Positions 37,440-50,240 of a DNA stretch of 64,000 nucleotides are shown here, piece after piece. The position numbers were made by a program, and so were the translations under genes. The DNA lies in the NCBI RefSeq assembly GCF_006345805.1, contig NC_043026.1, positions 1,426,001 to 1,490,000 on the forward strand. The letters are read 5' to 3'. The number at the start of each line of letters is the position of its first letter. The stretch's first letter is position 1. Source of the DNA: Octopus sinensis. Lineage: Eukaryota. The notes beneath the pieces were generated by a model. The model was not told where the DNA came from and did not search any database. It was given only the letters and a program-made list of their open reading frames with translations.

Positions 37440-38205
37440 GTCTCCATGTCAGGTCACCTGGATTTCTCTTACGGCCACTTTTTACACTGTGGACATAGTC
37501 TTTGATAAAGACTTTGGAGTCTAAGGTCAAATCATTCGAGCACCACTTTGTGTTTTCTATACTAAGCATCTGTGGATCTCACCTTTTGACTGTATATGGA
37601 CTCTTCTGTCAAAGATGTTGTGTGAGCGTTCAGCTGAACGACCGGCACAAACGATTTGTTTGTAGGGATCAAATGTTTGTGCTACACATTAGTCCGCTCG
37701 CTACATCAAATCAACGTTGCCTGAACAGGTGCACTATGTACCTTGCGTCAGGTGTTGAAGTGATCACAGAGCAACATGAGATGAAGTGTTTGTACAAGAG
37801 CACAATGCACCACCCGGTCTAGGAACTGAAACCATGATCTTGCGATCATGAGTGCAGTATATATGACTGTGTAAATATATATGCTGAGACCCCCTTCGGT
37901 CAGGAATGAGGGATTGCACCTACAATGTTACCCTCCGAGGCACAAGTCTGGGCAAGGTTGCTTATGGAAGACCAGCAGTTGCCCATGCATACCAACGTCC
38001 CCTCTCCACGCCAAAGGAAGGGCAAAGGCTGATACAGCTTGGCACCAGTGACATTGCAACTCATCTCTACAGCTGAATAAACTGGAGCAACGTGAAATAA
38101 AGTGTCTTGCTCAAGAACACAACACGCAGCCTGGTCTGGGATTCGAACTCACAACCTCACGATCATAAGCTCGATGCTCTAACCACTGAGCCATGTGCCT
38201 TCACA
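37440..38205 (-). mobile_element. Two adjacent SINEs
   Basis: B-box-like GGATTCGAACTC and A-box-like CTAACCACTGAGCCA on + strand; two separate heads. Confidence 0.7.
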
Positions 38206-38224
38206 CACACATATATATATATAT

Positions 38225-38456
38225 AAGGAAATAATTCACCATCATTAAAATGTGATGAAGGATGCAGGGAGCACTAGCATTGCTAGAAATAAGAGTGAAA
38301 GAACTCTTTAGCCACAGAAGCACATTTATGAGACAACCCTGCCACTCCAATTGGGGTGGCTGTCTTCCTTGTCAGTAAATAGAAAATGTGCTTCTGTGGT
38401 TAAAGAGTTCTTCCTGCACCCTTCATCACATTTTAGTGATGGTGAATTATTTCCTT
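38225..38456. repeat. Fold-back (hairpin) element
   Basis: Outer 44-bp and inner 29-bp inverted arms; left arm has about 30 extra nt. Confidence 0.85.
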
Positions 38457-38503
38457 TTTGATTTTGAATTGCGTCTAGCCACCTTAATTATTATATATAT
38501 GTA

Positions 38504-38547
<44 letters not shown>

Positions 38548-38576
38548 CAAAATAAGCAACAGAATATCCAGAGGTG

Positions 38577-38664
38577 ATGCAGTACGACAGTTTCAAGCGG
38601 CTCCATTTAATTGAACAATGCAATCATTACATCAATTTAAATGCAGAGCTATCCTCAGCTGCAT
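38577..38664 (-). ncRNA. Type I hammerhead motif with 6-bp helix I and long helix II
   Basis: AUGCAG-CUGAGGA-long irregular stem-GAAAC-UGUC-GUA/CUGCAU. Confidence 0.7.
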
Positions 38665-39204
38665 AAATAAATAGAATTTTTTAATCAGTTGGACACATTT
38701 GTATAATTTTACTTAAATACTCTAAGAGGGTAAGCAGACAGACAAAGTCCGTGCTGCTGGCACTTCAGCTTAGAAGTTTCTAAGAAATCAGGAAAAAAAT
38801 TTGTTTGGGTCATAGCTTTCTCATGGATTTTGGTTCAGTTTTAATTTATTAGTTTTGTTTATCAAATTTAAGACTAGAGAATATAAATTATCATTGTCAT
38901 CATTTTATGCCCATCTTCCATGTTGATGTGGGTCAGACACTTTGACCGGACTAGCCAGAGGACTGTGTAGAGCTTCAACGTCTGTTTTAGTGTGGTTTCT
39001 ATGGCTGGATGCCCTGCCTAAAGCCAAGCAATTTACAGAGTGTACTAAGTGCTTTTTTTTGTGACATTAGTGCTAGTGAAGCTGTCAAGTAATTCACAAG
39101 ACAAAGTAAAGATACCTTGACTGAGAGGAGGTGATTTTATGCCAGATGTTGAGAGGCTAAAGTGTGTCAGAGATAAGCACAAGTCTCTTGGTATTGTGAA
39201 GATA

Positions 39205-39432
39205 GGCGAGCTGGCAGAATCGTTAGCACGCCGGGCGAAATGCGTAGCCGTATTTCGTCTGCCATTACGTTCTGAGTTCAAATTCCGCTGAGGTCAACTT
39301 TGCCTTTCATCCTTTCGGAATCGATTAAATAAGTACCAGTTACACACTGGGGTCGATATAATCGACTTAATCCATTTGTCTGTCCTTGTTTGTCCTCTCT
39401 GTGTTTAGCCCCTTGTGGGTAGTAAAGAAATA
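39205..39432 (+). mobile_element. tRNA-derived SINE
   Basis: A-box-like TGGCAGAATCGTTAG, B-box-like GAGTTCAAATTCC, tail AGTAAAGAAATA. Confidence 0.85.
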
Positions 39433-40330
39433 GGTATTGTGAAGATACATGTATGATTAAAAGAGTGGGTGGGAGAAGCTGCAAAAAATACAATGATGAT
39501 GGTGATGAAGTGTCACAGAATACTTTCAAAGTACTAGATGATAAGTATACGAGAGAATATGGACAAAAAACCTGGAAGTTGGTGTAGAGATGAAAGTGAA
39601 AGAATAGGAGTGACTCGGGAAGAAAGAAGTGATAAGTGGCAGTACAGGAAAGCAGGAAAGGATTGTCATCTCCGTCATCATCCTTTAACATCCATTTTTC
39701 CATGGTTAGACTGTTTGACTGGAGCTGGTAAGCCAGAGAGCTGTACCAGACTCTGTCTATTTTGGCTTGGTTTCTTTGGCCAGACGCTCTATAGTGTATA
39801 CTGAGTGTCTTTTACCTGGGTGCCTTTTATGTGTCACTAGCACTGGCCATGACCACTTAGCTTGATGTGTCTTCCCAAGCACAGGAAATTTCCAGAATTC
39901 TCAGTCATGTGTCATCACTTCCATGAGACTCAATATGACAAGTGTGCAGATTGATAAGAAATTGTGGAAATGGTGAACAGAGTGGGAATGTACAATGACA
40001 GAGATGGATTAAAGAGAGTTAAATAAGGGTTGCTATAGCAACGATTGACAACAGATATAACACGTTGATGAGAATGATAGCATATGAGATAGGGCTACAG
40101 ACAAGGTAATGGCAGGTCTAACATGTACTTCAGGAAGGCACAGAAAGGAGTGATCAGAAAGAAATGGGAAGGAAGGAGGGATTTTAAAAAGAAGTGGTTT
40201 GAGTGGGACAGGAGCAAAGTGGCCATCAGCCCTGGGCTGTAATATATGTCTATCCTGCTCTCAAGGAATTACAGCAGGTGAGTAGTACTGTAGACAGTAG
40301 TTCCTTATGTATATACAAACACACATACAC

Positions 40331-40379
<49 letters not shown>

Positions 40380-40483
40380 CATATATATACGTGTAAATAT
40401 ATATATACATAAATATACGTGTATATATATATATTATATATATACATAAATATACGTGTATATATATATATACATAAATATAC

Positions 40484-40527
<44 letters not shown>

Positions 40528-40680
40528 TTTGGTAAAATAGAAAGATGAATAATCTTGTTGCAGATTAATCAAAAGTTTAACCGATACCTTGGTAGCAAAA
40601 ATCACGGCAGAAGAAAGCACGGTTGGAGATAAAACCTTTTGGTGTTGCAACCGTGCGTTGGTGCGGATAATTGAATTTTA

Positions 40681-40990
40681 GTATTATTAGTGAATTGAAG
40701 AAATGGAGTTGAACGAAGATTGAACAGAATTCCTTTTATTGCATTCTACACATGTTACAAAAGCCACAATTTTCCAAATTCTGATTAAATAAGGATCCCA
40801 TATTGTGGCTTTCTCTTCAGGAAAAAAATAGGAATTCCGTTGGCAGAACAAAACAGAACAGAGCTACAATATGGGATCCTTATTTAATCAGAATTTGGAA
40901 AATTGTGCTTTTGTAACATGTGTAGAATGCAATAAAAGGAATTCTGTTCAATCTTCGTTCAACTCCATTTCTTCAGTTCACTAATAATAC
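40681..40990. repeat. Head-to-head inverted PLE termini, about 130-bp arms
   Basis: 40681-40810 vs 40862-40990, few mismatches. Confidence 0.9.
40744..40823 (-). ncRNA. Hammerhead motif with GUAA in place of GAAA
   Basis: UUC-CUGAAGA-GAAAGCCACAAU..AUUGUGGCUUUU-GUAAC-AUGU-GUA/GAA. Confidence 0.6.
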
Positions 40991-41023
40991 TATATATATA
41001 TATATATATATAATATATATATG

Positions 41024-41054
<31 letters not shown>

Positions 41055-41232
41055 GTATATATATATGTGTATATATATATGTATATATATATATATATGT
41101 ATGTATATATATATATGTATATATATATTGTATATATATATATGTGTATACATATATGTATATATATATATATGTATATATATATAATGTATATATATAT
41201 GTGTATATATATATGTATAATATATATATATG

Positions 41233-41263
<31 letters not shown>

Positions 41264-41456
41264 GTATGTATATATGTATATATATATGTATATATATATA
41301 TGTATATTATATATGTATATATATATATGTATATATATATATGTATATATATATATGTGTATATATATATGTGTAATATATATATAATATATGTATATAT
41401 GTATATATGTATTATATATATATGTATATATATATATATATGTATATGTATGTATA

Positions 41457-41489
<33 letters not shown>

Positions 41490-41546
41490 CTATATATATA
41501 TATATATATATATATAGTGTATATATATAATATGTATATATATATG

Positions 41547-41577
<31 letters not shown>

Positions 41578-41635
41578 GTATATATATGTATATAATATGT
41601 ATATATATATATAGATATATATATATATATATATA

Positions 41636-41700
<65 letters not shown>
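40991..41700. repeat. About 700-bp imperfect (TA)n/(TATG)n microsatellite
   Basis: Direct reading; source of spurious YIYI ORFs. Confidence 0.95.
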
Positions 41701-41713
<13 letters not shown>

Positions 41714-41828
41714 TATAATGGTGTCATTGAGACCCAAAGGTGTCAGGTAATGCTGAATAAGTTAGTTAAGTTCCAGATTCAGTAATATTGCGAACAAAGG
41801 GTTCAACATTGGTTCTATGTCAGCGTGT

Positions 41829-42126
41829 GTATATATGAATTTTGTGTAATGAGATAAAAAACCAAGGCTGTATAGATATTAGAGCATTTATAGATAGAAG
41901 GTCTTACAGCTGTTTCTAGGATATTAATTAATGATATCCCTTCATCAGAGACGGTGTTAAGTCATCACATCGAAACTATGTCTTAATTTTTCCTCTCACA
42001 CCATCTCCGCTGAAGGGATAATATTAATTAATATCCTAGAAACAGCTGTAAGATCTTATATCTATAAATGTTCTAATATCTATACAGCCTTGGTTTTTTA
42101 TCTCATTATGCAAAATTCATATATAT
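41829..42126. repeat. Head-to-head inverted PLE termini, about 125-bp arms
   Basis: 41829-41957 vs 42002-42126; each arm carries a hammerhead-like motif. Confidence 0.9.
41901..41952 (-). ncRNA. Hammerhead motif
   Basis: GUCU-CUGAUGA-A-GGGAUAU..AUAUCCU-A-GAAAC-AGCU-GUA/AGAC; the + strand twin (42003-42055) has core mutated to CCGCUGA. Confidence 0.65.
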
Positions 42127-42592
42127 GTATATATATAGCCATGAAACATACGTAGTGTTTTCAATTACTATATTATATATTGCTCATTCACTTTATATTT
42201 TTTGAGATTTAGTTATAAGTTATATGTTTTAAAAAAAATATATATTATTTGTTATTTATGTATTGGTTTATGTCTATCACTGAGTTGCATAATAGTGGTT
42301 TTATCTCTAATTTATATTATATATATATATATAGATAGAAAGATATATATATACATATATATATAGAGAGAGAGATAGATAGATACGAAGATATATATAT
42401 ATATATATATACACATATAAGATACATACAGATAAGAGAAAAAAATCTATCAGAAAGGAACTCTATCTCTCATAAAAAATATCTTTTGATAAGCATAACA
42501 AATGCGCAACCGGTAAAAAGAACTTTCACCTAATTAAATATACTCTCCCTTACTTAAATTATTTTGTCAGCATTTTCTTCATTTCCTTTTTT

Positions 42593-42639
<47 letters not shown>

Positions 42640-42646
<7 letters not shown>

Positions 42647-43935
42647 TAGACAAATGCTTTCACTCCACTCCACACCTTTGTTCACCATCCATCTCGATCC
42701 GAAGCAAGGGTTCTATATTCTATCTGGATCCATTTCAAGTGACTTCATAGTAGTCCTCATGCCATCCTTCAGCCTTTTTTAGGTTTACACTGATAGCGTT
42801 TCCCCTCTGCAAGGCGCACAATAAAACAGCTGTTTCAGCATGTTCATCTGCCATTCGAATAATATGGCCACACCATCTCAATTAGTTTCTCAAAATCATA
42901 GCTTTAATTGAGGTGATGCCTGCAGATGCAAGGACATCTGTGTTTGGAGGAAAAGAACTCCCTTTAATTTTTAAAATGCGATGAAGGCATTTTTGGTGGA
43001 ATTGTTCTAACAAATTAAAATGCCTCTCATAACAAGAATACAACAGGGATGGTAAGACAAATGATTTGTAAAAAGCCAGTTTTGTATTCCTATTTATATG
43101 TCACTGGCACCAAATGCATGACTCCAAGCCACCAAATTCTTTTGCTGCCCTTTGAATTTGCAGCTGTATTTCTGTATCAAGATTTCCATCATTTTGTACA
43201 GAGATTCCAAGGTAGATGAACGAATCAACAACCTCAAGTAACTTACCCTTCGCAAAAATTTTAGGTGTGTGTGTGGGGGGGTGGTTACAAACAGCACCAC
43301 ACACAGGTTGATGCATTACAACTGTTTTTTTCAAGTCGATGGTCAAGCCCAAATCATCACAAGCCGAAGCAAATGCAAATACAAGAGATTGCAGACCTGT
43401 TTCAGAATGATTGACAAGATCTCAATCATCAAAAGTTCCCTAATGAGTGAAGTAAAAACCTTTGTTTTGAATTTCAGTCAGATTAAAAACATTCCCAGTT
43501 GTTTGATATTTTATGTAAATACCCTCCTCAGAGTTTTGAAAAGCATCTGACAACACAACAGCAAAGTATATTGCAAAGAGGGTGGCTGCATCAAGGTCTC
43601 CTTGCTTTACTCCATTTTCCACAGCAAAAGATTCAGAGAGCCTACCACCAAAGTTAACTCTAGCTTTCATATCTTGATGCAAAGCCCTGATCATGTTTAC
43701 AAATTTTTGTGGGCAACCTATTTTCCTGAGAATTAGCCACAGAGTGTTTCAATTAACAGAATCAAATGCTTTGCTCAAATCAACAAAGCAATGGTATGGA
43801 GCAAGATTCTGTTCAATGCACTTTTCTTGTAATTGTCTGACAGTAAAGATACAATCTGCTGTGCCCCTGGAGGAACGAAAACCACACTGAGACTCAAACA
43901 CTATATTTGGAACTATAAAGGTATTTAAATGTTCT
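42640..43935 (-). mobile_element. BovB-like RTE LINE fragment (second RTE family)
   Basis: MIRALHQDMKARV, VENGVKQGD, GLTIDLKKTVVMHQP, LEVVDSFIYLG, LRWCGHIIRM. Confidence 0.88.
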
Positions 43936-43949
43936 AACAGAATGGCATA

Positions 43950-43993
<44 letters not shown>

Positions 43994-44214
43994 TACATAT
44001 GCCATTCTGTTATTGATAGGAACCACAAAAAGAGGTACTCCATCCATTAAAACAATAGATATCATTTAATAAACACTGAGTTTAAATTCGAGTGACTCAG
44101 AAGCAGACTCAAAAGATGGAACTTCAAAACTTTTCCTTTTACTTTTTTCTCATTCCAATTTTACTCTCAGACTTTCTTATAATTTCTAGCTTTTTCTCAA
44201 TGTGCAGTCGTGTT

Positions 44215-44548
44215 CTTCTATTCTTTTACTTGTTTCAGTCATTTGACTGGGGCACCGCCTTTAGTTGAGCAAATCAACCCCAGGATTTTGGAAGCCCAGT
44301 ACTTATTCTATCAATCACTTTTGCTGAACTTCGGTTGTCAAGCGATGTTGGGGGACAAATACAGACATGCAAACTTACACACACATACAACAGGCTTCTT
44401 TCAGTTTCCGTCGACCAAATCCACTCACAAGGCTTTGGTCGGCCTGAGGTTATAGTAGAAGACACTGCCCAAGGTGCCACGCAGTGGGACCTGAACCCAG
44501 AACCATGTGATTGTTAAGCAAGCTACTTACCACACAGCCACTCCTGTG
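44215..44548 (-). mobile_element. SINE, near full length
   Basis: Reverse complement of the 438-797 family including the segment deleted there. Confidence 0.85.
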
Positions 44549-45421
44549 CCCATGTGTATATTAAAATCTGATGATTGCAGAGAAATCAACAGTATGCCAT
44601 AAAAGATTGTCCACCTATCACATTCTCATATGCAGGAAACTATTAGTAAGCCCTGTGTGTGTATATGTATACATACATATATAATAGAAATCTATGAACA
44701 TCTGAAAGTTTTTGAAAAACTATAGTAATCTATGTATATGTATAAAATCCTTTGTCTCTCTGTTCCCAATGCATTTTCAAACAGCTCAACCAAATCAAAT
44801 CAAATTATACATGGTAATACTATCAAACCCCATGATTGTTAACATGTAATTTCTTTGGATTAAAGTAATGCAACATTGGCACTGGTTCCGTATTACGTGT
44901 CAAAACTTGAAGAATAAAAGTGAAAGAATAACATAAATATTGTAATGTGATATATTGTTTCACTTTTATCGGTTTATTTTTAATTGTAACCATGGTGATG
45001 ATGTCACATTTTGTATATGACTGTGTATCTGTCTGTGAATATATGTGTGAGTGTATGAGTGTGTATCTGTCTCACAGTGCTTGTGTGTCTTTCCGTGTTA
45101 GGTACATTATTAAACACACTATATGTATGTGAGGGCTGGTTAATCACAACAATGTCACATTTTGTATATGAGTGTGTATGTATATAAGTGTATAAGTCTC
45201 AGTGTGTCTTTCCGCATTAAGTACATTATTAAATATACCATATGTTTTATTTTTCATTCTAACCACCACGACCATGTCACATTTTTGTATACAATTGTGT
45301 ATCTGTCTGTGAATGTACTATATGAAATATTTTCCTTTCGATTAAAACAATATAACATTTCAATGAGATTATCTTTCTGTTTATGGAGATGTACTTGCAT
45401 AGCAAGGGACTTGATCTGAGA

Positions 45422-46091
45422 TCATGTGCTCGGAACATATATATACAAGATTCGACAGAGTAACAGTTATATATGCAACTTGAACAGACACATAAAACAT
45501 ACATTTACATGTACATACACATATACACACATGCAGACATGTCTGCACACATACTTACGTAAATGCTCACATACATACATACATACATACATACATAGAC
45601 ACATATATATTCTTTTCTACTCTAGGCACAAGGCCCGAAATTTTGTGGGATTGACCTCAGTACGCAACTGGTACTTAATCGACCCCGAATTTGAACTCAG
45701 AACGTAAAGGTAGACAAAATACTGCTAAGCATTTCGCCCGGCGTGCTAACGTTTCCGCCAGCTCTCCGCCGGGCGAAATGCTTAGCAGTATTTTGTCTAC
45801 CTTTACATTCTGAGTTCAAATTCGGGGTCGATTAAGTACCAGTTGCGTACTGAGGTCAATCCCACAAAATTTCGGGCCTTGTGCCTAGAGTAGAAAAGAA
45901 TATATATGTGTCTATGTATGTATGTATTATGTATGTATGTATGTGAGCATTTACGTAAGTATGTGTGCAGACATGTCTGCATGTGTGTATATGTGTATGT
46001 ACATGTAAATGTATGTTTTATGTATCTGTTCAAGTTGCATATATAACTGTTACTCTGTCGAATCTTGTATATATATGTTCCGAGCACATGA
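45422..46091. repeat. Inverted duplication, about 322-bp arms with 23-nt loop, apex at a SINE 5' end
   Basis: 45422-45743 vs 45767-46091; arms include unique flank; at least 3 differences between arms. Confidence 0.92.
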
Positions 46092-46712
46092 ACTAACTGT
46101 TACTTTCTCAGATGCATGTCAAAGTTCTTTTTAAGGGAACAGGTCAGGGTTTCAAAGCGACGAAAATATTTTGACACAGATGAAATTTAAAAGTTTTTGT
46201 ATGTTCTGGAATGGCTTACAAACGTCTTCCATGCTTACGTCTTTCTATTATCAACAGGACCATTTCATACCACCACATCACATTTTGTGCATGACTGTGT
46301 ATCTGTCTGTGAGTGTATGTGTCGTATGTGTATATGTGTGTGTGTGTCTTTCCACATTAGGTACGTTATTAAGCATACACATCTACACTTACATATGTAT
46401 ATATGTAATGGTATGCTATTGAGCACACACATCTACACATACATATACATATGTAATGGTACGTTATTAAACCCATATACATTTCTGACGACGACGTCGC
46501 ATTTTGTATATGACTGTGTATCTGTCTGTGAATGTATGTATGTGAGTGTACAGGTGTGTATGTGAGTGTACAGGTGTGTATGTGAAGGCTGGTCTGTGTG
46601 AAAGAGAGAGATAACTGAAATTTTTTACTCGGTTTTTGTAGTGCGTGCGTGTGTATGCATGTATGTGTATATGTATGTATGCATGTATGTGTGTGTGTGT
46701 ATGTATCTATGT

Positions 46713-46744
<32 letters not shown>

Positions 46745-47712
46745 GTATATGTGTATGTGTGTGTATGTATGTGTATGTGTGTGTATGTATGTGTGAGTGT
46801 GCATGTATGTATGTACCTTTGTCTGTTTATGTAACGGTCTGCTATGTAGAAATGAGGTTGACTCAATGGAAATGCATACATACACACACACATACATACA
46901 CACACATACATACACATACATACACACACATACATAGATGCAGACCTATGTTAAAAGTGCTGGCAAGTTTGCATGACAACTATTTTTTTTCCTCAAATGA
47001 AAGGCGTGACCTCTAGGACAAAATTCCTCATCTTATAAAATGTGGCCCCAGTACACCCGAATGAAATCACGTTATATTAACCAAAATGTGAAAAGGGGTA
47101 TAAATGGGGCTGCAAGGGGATTAAAATTTAAAGGAGCAGGTGTTTAGCAATTCTCTGTTATATCAAGCTAAAAAATTTGCGCCTGCCTTTTAATTGTCAA
47201 TGTGTTGCCGTCCATGATGAAGAAGTTTTGAATGCTTGCCATGGTGAGTCTACTGTTGTGAAAAAGAATCACTTCAAAACTTGGTGTTTAGGGATTTTCT
47301 TTTACATCAGGTTCAAAATTTTACGCCAGCCGTTAAACTGTCAAAACGTTGCTGTCCGTCGTTAAGAAATGCCAGCCATGGTGACTCTACTACCCTCAGA
47401 TTCTATCCCTTCAAACTTTGGTTTCCAATATTTTATTATTTTTATTCACCTCGCAAGTTTGTCTGTCCCTTTTAAATGTTAGTGTTTTGCTGTCTGCCTT
47501 GAAGCAGACCTTTCCGTTGTTACTGCCTGAATTTATGATTGATCTTTCTAAATATTTTATTTCAACTTACTCAAGATCTTTTGTTGTTTATAAATGGGAG
47601 AGAGATAGATAAAGATAGAGAGTAAGAGAAAGCGAGGGAGAGTCCGAGAGAAAGGAAGAGTAAGAGAGTGGGGAAAGTGAGAGAGAAAGGAGAGAGAAAC
47701 AAAGAGGGAGAA

Positions 47713-48005
47713 TCATCATCATCATCATCGTTTAACGTCCGTTTTCCGTGCTAGCACGGGTTGGACAGTTTGACCAGGGTCTGGGAAGCCAGGAGGCTGC
47801 ACCAGGCTCCAGTCTGATCTGGTGGATGCCCTTCCTAACGCCAACCACTCTGTGAGCGTAGTGGGTGCATTTTTCGTGCCGCCGGCACAGGTGCCAGGGC
47901 GGCTGGCAATGGCCTCGATCAGTTGGTGCTTTTTACGTGTCACTGGCACAGAAGCCAGTCAAGGCAGCGCTGCAATCCGCCACGTTCGGATGGTGCTTTT
48001 TACGT
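47713..48005 (-). mobile_element. RTE 3' tail
   Basis: (CAT)n then CGTTTAACGTCCGTTTTCC. Confidence 0.85.
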
Positions 48006-48692
48006 ACTGAAAGGAAGCAACAGAAAGTAACAACCACACTCTTACCCGCGCGTAGAGCGGGTCACCTTCAGCTAGTATATATATATATAAATGAAAGAAT
48101 GGAGTCGAACGACGATTTTAACAAAAGTATACTTCATATGAATGATGATTAATATAGATAACCTCTTTGATTTTAATAATTTAGTTTCACTTCTACAACA
48201 CCACCATAGACAAATTCTTTTTTTCTACTCCGCTACATGAAGAATTACTACTAAATTTGTTGGGGTATGTTTACCTCTTTCTCTCTGCCTCTCCTCTCTC
48301 TCTCTCTATCATACGCACAATCGAACACACAGACACAAATTTGTCACCTCACTACTAAATGTTTTTGACATCTGTCCCCCTACACACACAATCACACACA
48401 CACACACGAATGCAGTCATATACACACAAGCACTCAAACTCATTAACAATAGCAAACACCCACGCATCCCCATACATACAGCTTGCACTTTGTCCCCTTC
48501 CTATTCCTAGAACTTTCTCCTTCCAACCAAATTTGAACTCTTGAACTTTTTAGAACATTCTCCATCCAACCAATTTTGACGTCATTGCTTATAACGGAAT
48601 ATTTTAAAGAAACACTCATTATCACTGTGGACACCATGTGGGCAGTCATCTAAAGGTTTTTGTTCGTCATGATGTTGACATAGGTTCCTTGT

Positions 48693-48775
48693 CTTTCCTG
48701 ATGAGAAGGCGGCATAATGCACCCTTTATTCCTTCGGAATTAAGAATATGCAGTCTTCGAAACATGTGTAGAGAG
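48693..48775 (+). ncRNA. Type I hammerhead ribozyme motif, canonical core, sense strand
   Basis: CUUUC-CUGAUGA-GAAGGC-(42 nt)-GUCUUC-GAAAC-AUGU-GUA/GAGAG. Confidence 0.82.
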
Positions 48776-48791
48776 TAAAGGAATTTTGGTT

Positions 48792-48891
48792 ANNNNNNNN
48801 NNNNNNNNNNNNNNNNNNNNNNNNNNNNNNNNNNNNNNNNNNNNNNNNNNNNNNNNNNNNNNNNNNNNNNNNNNNNNNNNNNNNNNNNNNN
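48792..48891. other. Assembly gap (100 N)
   Basis: Run of n flanked by TA repeat. Confidence 0.99.
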
Positions 48892-48892
48892 N

Positions 48893-48927
<35 letters not shown>

Positions 48928-49118
48928 CACGGACTTTGTCAGTGAACAGGTCGCGGATTTTAGCGACGAAATATTTTGACAAATTAACTTAAATTTGAAG
49001 TGAATCGAACGCTTTTGTGTGTTTCTTAAATGGCTTATAAACACCTTCCACGCTGCAATTTTGTTTTCGTTTCAGCACACGATCTCAGATCAATTACTGC
49101 TATGCGAGTACATCACCG

Positions 49119-49154
<36 letters not shown>

Positions 49155-49467
49155 GCATATATATATATGTATATATATATATGTATATGTTATATATATA
49201 TATGTATATCTATATATGTTATATATGTATATATATATATATATGTATATAAATATATTGTATATAATATATATGTATATGTATATATATGTAATTGTAT
49301 ATATATGTATATGTAATATTATATATATATGTATATATATATTATGTATATATATATATATATTATATATATATATATGTAATATAGATATAGATATATA
49401 ATATATATATATATTATATATATATATATATATATAATAATAATATATGTATGTATATATATATATA

Positions 49468-50226
49468 TCATCATCATCATCATCGTTTAGCGTCCGCTTT
49501 CCATGCTGGCATGGGTTGGACGGTGCAACTGGGGTCTGGGAAGCCCGAAGGCTGCACCAGGCCCAGTCTGATCTGGCAATGTTTCTACGGCTGGATGCCC
49601 TTCCAAACGCCAACCACTCCGAGAGTGTAGTGGGTGCTTTTTACATGCCACCGGTACTGGTATCACAGCTACAATTTCCGTTGATGTTGATCAATTTCGA
49701 TTTTGATTCTGATTCTCACTTGATTCTGATTCTCACAGGTCTTCACAAGTAGAGTTTTGTGTCCCAAGAAGGAAAGGTATGCATAAGTGGACTGGCTACA
49801 TCCCAGGTAGAGGCCATGGGTTATGGTCTCACTAGTCTTGCCGGGTTTACTCACGCACAGCATACTTCCATAGGTCTCAATCTCTAGTCATTTCCTCGGT
49901 GAGACCTAAAGTTCAAAGGTCGTGCTTCACCACCTCGTCCCAGGTTTTCCTGGGTCTACCTCTTCCACAGGTTCCCCTCAATCACTAGGGTGTGGCACTT
50001 TTTCACACAACTATCTTCATCCATTCTTACCACGTGTCCATACCAGCGTAGACGTCTCTCTTGCACACCACATCTGATGCTTCTCAGGTCCAACTTTTCT
50101 CTCAAGGTACTTACACTCTGTCGAGTATGAACATTGGAGCATACTGGCTTCATTTCTTGCGAGCTTACGCATACCCTCAGCAGTCACGGCCCATGTTTCA
50201 CTACCATGTAGCATGGCTGTTCGTAC
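49468..50226 (-). mobile_element. 5'-truncated RTE
   Basis: CVRTAMLHGSETWAV, RRLRWYGHVV, tail at 49468. Confidence 0.9.
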
Positions 50227-50240
50227 ACACACACATATAT

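Noticed and set aside
39205-39290. tRNA gene
   Set aside because: A/B-box-like motifs continue into a SINE body and tail; no cloverleaf
40959-41737. Long [12 protein letters not shown] ORFs here and at 35, 46, 49, 53 and 58 kb
   Set aside because: Translations of stop-free microsatellites
44563-44600. CTGATGA..GAAAT as a hammerhead
   Set aside because: No helix I and poor helix III
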